From NCBI GenBank assembly GCA_031553915.1, contig JAVBKT010000017.1:6357-70356 (forward strand): a DNA stretch of 64,000 bases, written 5' to 3'. Made by a program: the position numbers and the translations under genes. Below the pieces are notes generated by a model. That model had not been told where the DNA came from, searched no databases, and was given only the letters and a program-made list of their open reading frames with translations. Below are positions 33,083 to 41,943 of the stretch, one piece after another (the stretch's first letter is position 1; each line of letters opens with the position of its first letter). The DNA comes from Bacillota bacterium. Its GTDB lineage: Bacteria > Bacillota > Dehalobacteriia > UBA4068.

Positions 33083-33961
33083 ATGGCTGTTTATCAAGCC
33101 GGTTCTGATGGTAATGCGCCTTCTGGTTTAAATCCCGGTGATTATGTTAATACTAATGGCGGTATGTATATGGTAGCCTCTCCTGGTGCTTATGGTTCTA
33201 TTTATAATCCGTCTTCTGGTTATTGGTCTGTTAAGGCTGATGGTTCTAGTCAGGTTTCTAATCAATCTTATTTGCAGTCCGCTCTTAATGCTGCTTCTAC
33301 TGTTGCTGAGTCTAATACTGATAGGTCTCAAGATATGGCTCGTGAGCAAATGGGCTTTCAAAAAGAGCAAAATGCTAGAGCTATGGCTTTTAATTCTGAG
33401 GAGGCACAAAAAAATCGTTCTTGGCAGGAAATGATGTCTAATACTGCTCATCAAAGAGAGGTAAAAGACTTAATTGCTGCTGGTATTAATCCTATTCTTA
33501 CTGCTACTGGAGGCAGTGGTGCTGCTGTAACATCTGGCGCCACTGCTTCTGGTGTTACTTCTTCTGGTGCTCAAGGTCAAGTGGATACGTCTTATAATAA
33601 TCTTGTTGGTGGTCTTATTTCTACGATGCTGAATAATCAGACATCTTTGGATATAGCAAAGCTGCAGGCTGGTATTCAGCAATATGTTGCTGATTCTAAT
33701 CGTCAAGCGACGCTCGGTGCTGCTGGTACTTCTGCTGCGGCATTGCTTGGAGCTGCTAATATTAATTCTGATACTTCCAAGTATATTAACCAACAAACTT
33801 TGGATCGTCCTAATTCTGTTGGTGGTATCGCTCGCCGTGGTTTAGAGTCTCTTAGTGAACTTATTGATAGTGGAATTAATTCTGCAAAAGGTTTGTTTTC
33901 TGGTTTTAATTGGAATGCTATTGCCGGCGGTCGTGATCTTACTGCCGGTAAAAAAAAGTGA
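33083..33961 (+). CDS. Microvirus DNA pilot protein VP2 (H-like)
   Basis: AQKNRSWQEMMSNTAHQREVKDLIAAGINPIL hallmark; Ala/Gln/Ser-rich coiled-coil; AAGGAGG RBS. Confidence 0.88.
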   Translation: MAVYQAGSDGNAPSGLNPGDYVNTNGGMYMVASPGAYGSIYNPSSGYWSVKADGSSQVSNQSYLQSALNAASTVAESNTDRSQDMAREQMGFQKEQNARAMAFNSEEAQKNRSWQEMMSNTAHQREVKDLIAAGINPILTATGGSGAAVTSGATASGVTSSGAQGQVDTSYNNLVGGLISTMLNNQTSLDIAKLQAGIQQYVADSNRQATLGAAGTSAAALLGAANINSDTSKYINQQTLDRPNSVGGIARRGLESLSELIDSGINSAKGLFSGFNWNAIAGGRDLTAGKKK

Positions 33962-33971
33962 AAAAAATTTG

Positions 33972-34026
33972 ACCGGCTTTGCCGGTTATGTCATGGGGCC
34001 CCATTCTTCTCTTGATGTAATGGGGC
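33972..34026 (+). other. Putative rolling-circle origin hairpins of the microvirus
   Basis: Stem GCCCCATT/AATGGGGC around loop CTTCTCTTGATGT (CTTGAT core, as at the phiX174 nick site); a second hairpin ACCGGC-TTT-GCCGGT. Confidence 0.6.
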
Positions 34027-34074
34027 TAAGTGACACCAAATTACCTAAAACAGAGTAGAGGAGGTGAGAACCTT

Positions 34075-34902
34075 GTGTCTTGTTATCATCCTCTGAAAGG
34101 TTTTCAGATTGGTCTTACCCCTTCGGGTAAGCCTGATTATAAAATAGTTTCTTATGATACTGATCATGTTGAAATTAAATTTAATGGTAGTGCAGATGCT
34201 TGTCCGTCGGCCACGCGCTCCGCTTATGCCAGACGTATTGTGACTGACTTTATCGAGATTCCTTGTGGTAGGTGTATTGGTTGTCGTCTTGATTATTCTA
34301 GACAATGGGCAGATAGGTGTATTCTTGAAATGAAAGAACACGATTCCAGTTATTTTGTTACTATCACTTATGATGATGAACATTTGCCCTTGCGTTCTTG
34401 GGTTGATACTGAGACTGGTGAATGTGGTAATGTTTCTACTTTGTTAAAGCGAGATTTCCAATTGTTTATGAAGCGTCTCCGTAAAGCTTATTCTCTTAAA
34501 TATTCTAATCCTTTGCGCTATTTTGCAGCAGGTGAATACGGTAATACTACTTTGCGTCCTCATTATCATGCTATAATATTTGGTTTAATTCTTGATGATC
34601 TTCAATTCTATAAAACATATAATGGATTTAATTACTATAATTCTGCGTTCTTAGATTCCTGTTGGCAAAATCGAGGTTTTATTGTCGTAGCAAAGGCATG
34701 TTGGGAGACGTGTGCTTATACTGCTCGTTATATCATGAAAAAACAAAAAGGAAATTCTGCTAGTGTTTACGAATATTATAATTTAGAACCCGAGTTTTCA
34801 TTGATGTCTAGAAAACCCGGAATAGGCCGTAGTTATTTCGACAAAAACGCCGATAATATATATTATGTTGAGTTGATATGTCTAAAAGATATCGCCAGTT
34901 AA
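34075..34902 (+). CDS. Microvirus replication initiator VP4 (HUH endonuclease); C-terminus runs through dif
   Basis: SCYHPL start after AGGAGGTG; PCGRCIGCRL; motif I FVTITY; motif II RPHYHAIIF; motif III YTARYIMKK; MSRKPGIG. Confidence 0.93.
   Translation: MSCYHPLKGFQIGLTPSGKPDYKIVSYDTDHVEIKFNGSADACPSATRSAYARRIVTDFIEIPCGRCIGCRLDYSRQWADRCILEMKEHDSSYFVTITYDDEHLPLRSWVDTETGECGNVSTLLKRDFQLFMKRLRKAYSLKYSNPLRYFAAGEYGNTTLRPHYHAIIFGLILDDLQFYKTYNGFNYYNSAFLDSCWQNRGFIVVAKACWETCAYTARYIMKKQKGNSASVYEYYNLEPEFSLMSRKPGIGRSYFDKNADNIYYVELICLKDIAS
34846..34873 (+). other. dif site (XerC/XerD-type), probable chromosome dimer-resolution site and prophage attR
   Basis: AACGCCGATAA-TATATA-TTATGTTGAGT has the 11-6-11 dif layout; gene orientation converges here. 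Confidence 0.85.
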
Positions 34903-35127
34903 AAGCATATTCTTTGACCCTTCCCTTTTTTAGTATATTATTTTATTGGTAACTACTAGAATAATATATTTATATTAGACCTTATTCATACTGTAGTGGC
35001 GTATATATATTAAGGGTAATAGCTTACCCTATGTTGTGGGGGCAGTTTTCCCCCGCCAGGTTCAGGCCTACTTACTGCACAATTATTATAATTGATAATG
35101 GGATTATGTCTATATTTACCTCTATCT

Positions 35128-36456
35128 TTATTGTTCAATTAACTGGCCGTAGAGGTTCCAAGTTTTTGCCTCAGTAATTTTGATTTGCACTAAGCTGCCG
35201 GAAGACAGCTCTCCTGCACCGGCAAAGGCCACAATTTTATTGCCGCTGGTGCGCCCGCACAACATATTATTGTTGTTTTTACTGATACCATCAACCATTA
35301 CTTCTTGTATGCTGCCCACGAGAGCCTGGTTTATTTGCAAGCTGATCGGGTTTTGTATATCCATTAACTCTTGCAGCCTTTGTTTTTTCACTAGTGAACT
35401 TAAATGCCCATCCATGTTAGCGGCTGTGGTACCGCTGCGTTTTGAATATAAAAAAGTATATGCCGCATCAAACCCGGCAGCTTTGATAAAGGCAATTGTC
35501 TCAGCAAAATCAGCGTCGCTTTCACCGGGAAAACCAACAATCAGGTCAGAGGTAATTGTTGCCTTAGGCGCTGTAGAGCGAATAATGCTCAGTTTAGAGA
35601 AATACTCCGCTGTGGTGTAGCCCCTATTCATTAGTTTTAAGATACGGTCTGAGCCTGATTGTACGGGCAAATGATAATGGTCGCATACTTTGTCCAGGCT
35701 GGCAATAGTCTCGGCCAAATAACGGTCAAAATCACGCGGGTGTGATGTCATATAGCGGATGCGATGCAGACCGCTGATATCGTTAATAGCAGTGAGCAAG
35801 CGGGCAAAATTCCAGCCGAGCTCAGGTATGTCTTTTCCGTAGGAATTGACATTTTGGCCTAAAAGCTGTATCTCCTTAATGCCGCCATCTGCCAGGCGTT
35901 TAATTTCGTCAATAATTTCTTGTGGTTGACGGCTGCGTTCTTTTCCCCTCACATAAGGCACAATGCAATAGCTGCAATAATTATTACAGCCAAAATTAAT
36001 ATTGATTTGTGCTTTATAATTATGCTCAAAATTATCATAGACTGCTGATAATTCCGGCCTGTCATAGCGCTCCTCAGTATCAACAATCCTTTGGCCATCC
36101 AAGTCATATTGTTCGATATATTGCGGCAGCAAAGCACTGGCAAAGGTGCCGATAATAATGCCGATATGGCGATATTTATCCATAAAAAGCTTGGCGACGC
36201 CATCTTTTTGCACCATGCAGCCGCACACAGCTATAATCAACTGAGGATTTACTTGTTTGAGATGTTTGATGCTGCCAATGAAGCCTAGCGCCCTGTTTTC
36301 GGCACTCTCGCGAATGCAGCAGGTATTAATGATAATAATATCTGCTTTTTCTACTGAATCACAAGCAATATGCCCTGCTGAATTAAGCATTGAGGACATA
36401 ATATGGGAATCATTTTCATTCATTTGACAACCAAAGGTTTGAATAAAATATCGCAT
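35128..36456 (-). CDS. miaB: tRNA methylthiotransferase MiaB
   Basis: TFGCQMN, NTCCIRE, CNNYCSYCIVP, C-terminal TRAM domain. Confidence 0.95.
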   Translation of the reverse strand: MRYFIQTFGCQMNENDSHIMSSMLNSAGHIACDSVEKADIIIINTCCIRESAENRALGFIGSIKHLKQVNPQLIIAVCGCMVQKDGVAKLFMDKYRHIGIIIGTFASALLPQYIEQYDLDGQRIVDTEERYDRPELSAVYDNFEHNYKAQININFGCNNYCSYCIVPYVRGKERSRQPQEIIDEIKRLADGGIKEIQLLGQNVNSYGKDIPELGWNFARLLTAINDISGLHRIRYMTSHPRDFDRYLAETIASLDKVCDHYHLPVQSGSDRILKLMNRGYTTAEYFSKLSIIRSTAPKATITSDLIVGFPGESDADFAETIAFIKAAGFDAAYTFLYSKRSGTTAANMDGHLSSLVKKQRLQELMDIQNPISLQINQALVGSIQEVMVDGISKNNNNMLCGRTSGNKIVAFAGAGELSSGSLVQIKITEAKTWNLYGQLIEQ

Positions 36457-36469
36457 ATTGCCTTCTTAA

Positions 36470-38242
36470 TTATTTTGTAGCGCGGAAATCCACAACCTGT
36501 AAGCGTGGGGTTTCCTTGCCATTATAGATATTCACATGCAGTGAATAGATTATGTCTATTTTTACGGTATCTCTTCTCTGCCCTGCCAGCAATTCCTGCC
36601 AATATCTGGCGGGATAATTGTCTTCGATATATGCCTTGAGCTTGTCTTTTGCGGAGAAATCCACAAATTCAGCCAGGTGCCCGGCAGTATCTTTCATTAA
36701 TAACCGCATCACCTGCTCTTCTTTACCAAAGAGAACTATTTTCTCAATGGAAAGGTTTTTGGCAGCCAAAAGCGGCGCAGGATTACTTTTGCCATATGGA
36801 GCCAGCAGGTTTAGCTCTCTGGCCAATTGCAAAGAGGCAAAGGTTGGCTGCAGCGGACAATCAATACGGAATACCTGCTGTATATCATCATCGCTCAGCT
36901 CACATAAAGCATTGATTTTTTGCCGGAAAACATCTACTTTGGCACGTTCAATAGTCAAGCCGGCAGCCATAGGATGCCCGCCAAAAACAACTAAAAGATC
37001 CCGGCACGAGCTTAGCCCTTCAAAAATATTATAGCAATCAATGGAGCGGCAGGATCCGTGTACAATATCAGTTTTGCCTGCCAACACTATTACGGGCTTA
37101 TGATATTTTTCTTTAATCCGTCCGGCGATGATGCCGGATACGCTTTCAAAGAAATCCGGAGAATAGATAACCACTATTTTATCCTGATCCAGATGGTCCT
37201 CGGCAATGATTTCAGAAGCCAGATTAGCGCCGTCCTCTGTCAGTTGGCGGCGCTGTTTGTTCATCCCCACTAATTCTTGTGCGATATTAGCTGCTGTGTC
37301 ATCATCCTCTGTTAAAAGCAGCTCAACGGATATATCAGCTGTTTCCAGGCGCCCGGACGCATTGATGCAGGGACCAAGCACAAAGCCTATGTGAAAGACA
37401 TCCAGTTCTTTGTCTTGCAAATCAGTGGCCTGTAATAAAGCCTGCAGGCCACTGATGGGGCTGTTTTTAATCAGCGGCAGACCTTTTTGTACCAATAAGC
37501 GGTTCTCCCCTGTCAAATCTACTAAATCGCAAATGGTAGCAATAGTCACCAGGGGTAAAAAGTATTCATTGAGGCTATTCCAAGGCTGATTAAGGCGTTG
37601 ATACAGTGCCTCGGAAAAGCGGTAACAAAGCGCTGCTGCGCAATATTGTTTGTATGGATATGGGCAATCGCTTCTTTTGGCATCGACCACAGCCAAAGCC
37701 GCAGGCAATCGCTCGCCCGCTTGGCTGCCTTCATCTTCTTTGATTAGGCCGTGGTGGTCAAGGATAATAATATCCATACCAATAGACATAGCATAATTCA
37801 CTTCATCAAAAGCAGAAATACCGTTATCACAGGCAATAATTAAATCAAAACCATCATCTCTCAGCATGGCGATCGCCTCTTTATTGAGGCCGTAGCCTTC
37901 TTCCCTGCTGGGAATATAGTATTCAATCTCGCCGCCCAAATTTTGGATTGATTTATAAAGAATAACTGTGCTGGTGATCCCATCCGCATCATAATCACCA
38001 TAGATCACAATGCGCTGACCATTTTTTAGAGCGTTAATTGTGACTGATACGGCTTTGTCCATATCGGCAAAAGCAAATGGATCGGCTAAGGGAGTATCCT
38101 CCCTAGTAGTAAAAGCGGCAATTTCGGCCGGGGTTTGATAACCACGCACCGCAAGAATACGCGCCAAAACAGGAGAAACTCCTGATTGGCGCGCTAATTC
38201 TTCAACATTAGTGGTCGTTTGCCGCAGCATCCATTTTGCCAT
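36470..38242 (-). CDS. recJ: ssDNA exonuclease RecJ
   Basis: YGDYDADG, LDHH, INASGRL, GGHPMAAG. Confidence 0.95.
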   Translation of the reverse strand: MAKWMLRQTTTNVEELARQSGVSPVLARILAVRGYQTPAEIAAFTTREDTPLADPFAFADMDKAVSVTINALKNGQRIVIYGDYDADGITSTVILYKSIQNLGGEIEYYIPSREEGYGLNKEAIAMLRDDGFDLIIACDNGISAFDEVNYAMSIGMDIIILDHHGLIKEDEGSQAGERLPAALAVVDAKRSDCPYPYKQYCAAALCYRFSEALYQRLNQPWNSLNEYFLPLVTIATICDLVDLTGENRLLVQKGLPLIKNSPISGLQALLQATDLQDKELDVFHIGFVLGPCINASGRLETADISVELLLTEDDDTAANIAQELVGMNKQRRQLTEDGANLASEIIAEDHLDQDKIVVIYSPDFFESVSGIIAGRIKEKYHKPVIVLAGKTDIVHGSCRSIDCYNIFEGLSSCRDLLVVFGGHPMAAGLTIERAKVDVFRQKINALCELSDDDIQQVFRIDCPLQPTFASLQLARELNLLAPYGKSNPAPLLAAKNLSIEKIVLFGKEEQVMRLLMKDTAGHLAEFVDFSAKDKLKAYIEDNYPARYWQELLAGQRRDTVKIDIIYSLHVNIYNGKETPRLQVVDFRATK

Positions 38243-39180
38243 TATGCTTTATCCTTTGCCGGTGAACCAGTCTTGCCTTTTTGATTTTGTTTTCTTTTAT
38301 TCAAAAACCGGGTCAGATCATTAAGCAAATTACCAACAACAAATACTGAAGTGAAAAATCCTGATGTTAAGCCAATAATTATCGCCAGGATAAATGTCTT
38401 GGTTGTTTCGCCGCCGAAGATCATCAGGGCCAATAACAAGAACAATACAGCTAAAACAGTATTAATTGTCCTGGTCAGGGTTTGGTTAATACTATCGTTG
38501 ATCAGGACAGAGAACTCTTTTTTTGCATAATAATTGCTGTTTTCTCTGATGCGGTCAAAAATGATAATAGTATTATTGATCGAATAACCAATTGTGGTCA
38601 GAATTGCCGCAATAAAGGCGCTGTCAACCTCCAGGCGGAAAATAGCAAAAACGCTGACAATAACCAGTACATCCTGCAATAGAGCAAAAACTGCCGTAAA
38701 AGCATAGTTGAATTTAAAGCGGAATGTAATATAAACCAACATTAAGGCGCTGGCAATCAGCAAAGCCCACAAGGCGTTTCGCAATAATTCCTGGCCAATT
38801 GTCGGGCCGATTAAGGTGATATTGGTTTGTGTTTCATCAAGCTCACCCAGCTCGCCCAAGGCAGCAATAACTTCCTTTTGCATATCCTCACTGAGTGTCT
38901 CGGCCCTGATGGTAAAGGTGCCCTCAGTGCTTTCGTTGACAGAAGGCGTTTGTGAGAGTATCTCGGAGGCTGTCGCACGCACATCAGCAATATCAACATC
39001 ATTGGTATAGGTCAAAGCAATTCTTGTGCCGCCGGTGAACTCAATACCAGCGTTCAAACCGGATATTGCTGTTACAATTAAGCCCGGGACAATAAGAAGT
39101 ATTGCAATAATATAGAATATTTTCTTTTTACCAATAAAATCAAAATGGTATTCTCTATAGCTAAATAAGTTCTTTAACAT
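38242..39180 (-). CDS. secF: Protein translocase SecF
   Basis: GIEFTGGT, IGYSINNTIIIFDRIREN. Confidence 0.95.
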   Translation of the reverse strand: MLKNLFSYREYHFDFIGKKKIFYIIAILLIVPGLIVTAISGLNAGIEFTGGTRIALTYTNDVDIADVRATASEILSQTPSVNESTEGTFTIRAETLSEDMQKEVIAALGELGELDETQTNITLIGPTIGQELLRNALWALLIASALMLVYITFRFKFNYAFTAVFALLQDVLVIVSVFAIFRLEVDSAFIAAILTTIGYSINNTIIIFDRIRENSNYYAKKEFSVLINDSINQTLTRTINTVLAVLFLLLALMIFGGETTKTFILAIIIGLTSGFFTSVFVVGNLLNDLTRFLNKRKQNQKGKTGSPAKDKA

Positions 39181-39195
39181 TATTTCTGCCCTCCC

Positions 39196-40419
39196 CTATA
39201 TACCATAAAGTCTTTTGTTAGAGAGGAAGTCAGTATCAGACATCCATCTAAGCATTTGATGAGTGACAACAATAGCTGTAAACATAGAGGCAATAATACC
39301 TATGGAGAGCGTAAGAGCAAAGCCTTTGATGGTGCCTGAGCCAAAGAAATAGAGCACAACAGCGGCAATCAGGGTTGTCAGGTTACTATCAAAGATGGTC
39401 CAAAAGGCTCTCTTAAAGCCGGATTCGATACCCGCCTTCAAAGATTTGCCATGGAAAAGCTCTTCCCTGATCCTCTCATAGATAATAATATTAGCATCAA
39501 CCGCCACACCTATTGATAGGATGAAACCGGCAATCGAGGTCAGGGTTAATACCGCATGGATTAAATCTAATATCCATAAAAGAATAAGCGCATAAAGCAG
39601 CAAAGAAATGCAAGCCCAGATGCCGGGGACACGATAATAAATTATCATAAAGGCAAAGAGAATAATGAAACCAATCAGCGCTCCATTTAAGCTCTTGGCT
39701 AATGAGTCAGCTCCCAGGGTGGGGCCAACTGTTTGTTTGGAGAGAATTTCCAGGTTAACAGGCAAAGCGCCGCCGCGCAACAAGGATGCCAACTGCGATG
39801 CTTCTTCAAAAGTGGCAAACCCGCCGGAAATTACTGCTTCACCGCCTGAGATAGGCCCATTGACCCTTGGCGTGCTAATTGCTTGTCCATCCAAATGAAT
39901 TTCAATAATTTGCCCGACGAATTGCGAGGTAGCCTGGAAAAAAGCTTCGCTTCCCTCTGCGTTAAACTTCAGGGCAACCTGATTTTGCTCATTTTTGGGC
40001 ACGCTGTTATTTATCTGCGCAGAAGCATCAGAAAGCTGATCACCGGAAAGAATAACATTTCCATACGGGTCAACAAATTCCAGTTTAGCGGTTTTGCCGA
40101 TAACCTCTATGGCCTCTTCCGGGTCATCAACACCAGCCAGCTGCACGATAATCCGGTCATTGCCTTCGATTTGGATGATAGGCTCACTGACACCAAGCTC
40201 ATTAACGCGTTTGCTGAGAACTGATACCAGCTTGTCCATATCAGCCTTTGTTACTGTACCGCCTTCTTCATCGGGGACAGCCTGGAGAACAACTTCCGCG
40301 CCGCCCTGTAGGTCTAAGCCGAGGTTAATGTTTTCTGTTAAAGGCTTAATAGAAAACACTACTGCTAATGCGATCAAGGCAATCACGACAAACAGCTTGA
40401 TCCCACTGTTGTTTTTCAT
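39196..40419 (-). CDS. secD: Protein translocase SecD
   Basis: LGLDLQGG, GVSEPII, VGPTLG, VDANIIIYERIREE. Confidence 0.95.
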   Translation of the reverse strand: MKNNSGIKLFVVIALIALAVVFSIKPLTENINLGLDLQGGAEVVLQAVPDEEGGTVTKADMDKLVSVLSKRVNELGVSEPIIQIEGNDRIIVQLAGVDDPEEAIEVIGKTAKLEFVDPYGNVILSGDQLSDASAQINNSVPKNEQNQVALKFNAEGSEAFFQATSQFVGQIIEIHLDGQAISTPRVNGPISGGEAVISGGFATFEEASQLASLLRGGALPVNLEILSKQTVGPTLGADSLAKSLNGALIGFIILFAFMIIYYRVPGIWACISLLLYALILLWILDLIHAVLTLTSIAGFILSIGVAVDANIIIYERIREELFHGKSLKAGIESGFKRAFWTIFDSNLTTLIAAVVLYFFGSGTIKGFALTLSIGIIASMFTAIVVTHQMLRWMSDTDFLSNKRLYGI

Positions 40420-40469
40420 TCAAATTCCCTCCTAGTTACCAAAAAAATATCAATAATTCCAACCCATAT

Positions 40470-40498
40470 ATTATAAACCTAGCTATGTCCCGTGTCAA
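40470..40498 (-). promoter_or_regulatory. Consensus SigA promoter for secDF
   Basis: TTGACA-17bp-TATAAT on the - strand. Confidence 0.75.
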
Positions 40499-40549
40499 AT
40501 AGATTGTCGCTATATTTATTTTTTTACAAAAAGAATAGGCTATTATAGC

Positions 40550-40849
40550 CTATTCTTCTGTTGCATTTTTAGCGTTGATACCGCCGATTGAACTTTTTAG
40601 TAATTCAATCTCGGTTTTTTCTGAGATACGCAGCCAAATAGTGCGTTCTTTGATTCTGGTTACAGTACCGAGTATACCACCGACAGTGTAGATTTCATCA
40701 CCCACCGAGAGGGCAGTCATCATAGTATCTCTTTCTTTGCGCTGTTTTCTTTGTGGTCTGATCAGCAAAAAGTAAAAAATAGCAACCAAGGCAACTATAT
40801 AAATAATTGTCATGGTGCTGGTGCTCATTCCGCCCGGCGTTTCTGCCAT
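40550..40849 (-). CDS. yajC: Preprotein translocase subunit YajC
   Basis: FYFLLIRPQRKQ, L.VGDEI.T.GGI.G; start uncertain. Confidence 0.92.
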   Translation of the reverse strand: MAETPGGMSTSTMTIIYIVALVAIFYFLLIRPQRKQRKERDTMMTALSVGDEIYTVGGILGTVTRIKERTIWLRISEKTEIELLKSSIGGINAKNATEE

Positions 40850-40942
40850 TATGGTAAAAATGCTTCCGCCTCCGATCAAAACTTTCACCACCTTAAAATT
40901 ATTATCAAAACAACTATACACCTGATAAGTCAGGTTTGAGTT

Positions 40943-41018
40943 TGGCAGGGGCAGAAGGAATCGAACCCTCAACCAACGGATTTGGAGTCCGCTACTCTAC
41001 CAATTGAGCTATACCCCT
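40943..41018 (-). tRNA. tRNA-Trp (CCA)
   Basis: 76-nt cloverleaf AGGGGTATAGCTCAATTGGTAGAG...GCGGA-CTCCAAA-TCCGT...GGTTCGATTCC...CCA; TTGACA-18bp-TATAAT upstream. Confidence 0.96.
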
Positions 41019-41100
41019 ACAACACGAGCCATTATATCAAAAGTAAAAGGTAAATGTCAAGAGAGTATTGTGGAGAAAAGATCAAACCCTCTCTTGTAAA

Positions 41101-41907
41101 TTAGCAACAAATGTCTCTGACATAATCAATAAAATGTGGGAAAACAATACCCGGTTCAGTAAGGTTTTTATTCCAGCGTTTCACCCATTCCAAAGACACA
41201 TAACCAGTAAAATTATCGCTGATTAATTGTTTGAGTATCTGGTCATTGGGTATATCGCCGAACCCCATCATTTTATAGACAATCTGCCCATTTTCTTTGG
41301 CAGAGTCTTTCATATGCAAATGACGCAGGTATGGCTTAAGGTTATTATACGACTCCTCTACTGATTCAGCAAAGAAATGATAAGGGTGGTTGACATCCCA
41401 GAGCGCTCCGGCCTGGGGTTCATTTACTTCTGCCAATAATGCGGCAAGCTTTGCTGTATCACCAAAAATACCATTGCTCTCTAAGAGAACATAAACTTCC
41501 TTCCCTGCCGCATACTTGGCCAGGGTTTTGAGGTTTTCAGCCACAAAGGCTATATCAATATTATCAGACGGTTTAGCGTCAAGATCACCCAGAACACGAA
41601 TAGATGGCACTGCCAGTTTTTGTGCCAGGTCGATATAATCCTTGCCCATTTGCAGCATAACTGATTGATTGCTTTGATCAAAGAGATAGCAAGCAGTGGT
41701 TAGGCAGGCAATTTCTACATTTAGTTCGTGGAGATGTTTTTTTGTTTCCTCGATATTATCATCCTGGAAATACTTAATATTGGGCGCATATAACTCGCCG
41801 CGCACACCGCGTACTTCCACGCCGTCATATTTGAGATCAGCCGCGGCCGCGATAATTTCACCCCAATTCCAGGTTGGGCAGCCAAGAGTGGAAAATGAAA
41901 ATTTCAT
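41101..41907 (-). CDS. Sugar phosphate isomerase/epimerase (AP endonuclease 2 TIM barrel)
   Basis: FSTLGCP, DGVEVR, LWDVNH, HLHMKD, VSLEW. Confidence 0.8.
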   Translation of the reverse strand: MKFSFSTLGCPTWNWGEIIAAAADLKYDGVEVRGVRGELYAPNIKYFQDDNIEETKKHLHELNVEIACLTTACYLFDQSNQSVMLQMGKDYIDLAQKLAVPSIRVLGDLDAKPSDNIDIAFVAENLKTLAKYAAGKEVYVLLESNGIFGDTAKLAALLAEVNEPQAGALWDVNHPYHFFAESVEESYNNLKPYLRHLHMKDSAKENGQIVYKMMGFGDIPNDQILKQLISDNFTGYVSLEWVKRWNKNLTEPGIVFPHFIDYVRDICC

Positions 41908-41943
41908 AAATATCCTCCTTAATACGCTGTTGAAATATGGTCT

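Larger units (their letters stand above)
31490..34873 (+). mobile_element. Integrated Microviridae (Gokushovirinae-like) prophage remnant at dif; left end deleted
   Basis: VP1-VP2-VP4 in gokushovirus order, abrupt shift to T-rich NNT codons, right boundary at a dif-like site; left boundary approximate. Confidence 0.92.

Noticed and set aside
32172-33796. Leu/Ile-rich overlapping and antisense ORFs within the phage genes
   Set aside because: Expected by-products of the NNT codon bias, with no clear RBS; an overprinted lysis gene cannot be fully excluded
40550-40943. Possible integration at tRNA-Trp
   Set aside because: Followed directly by the core genes yajC-secDF; no att duplication
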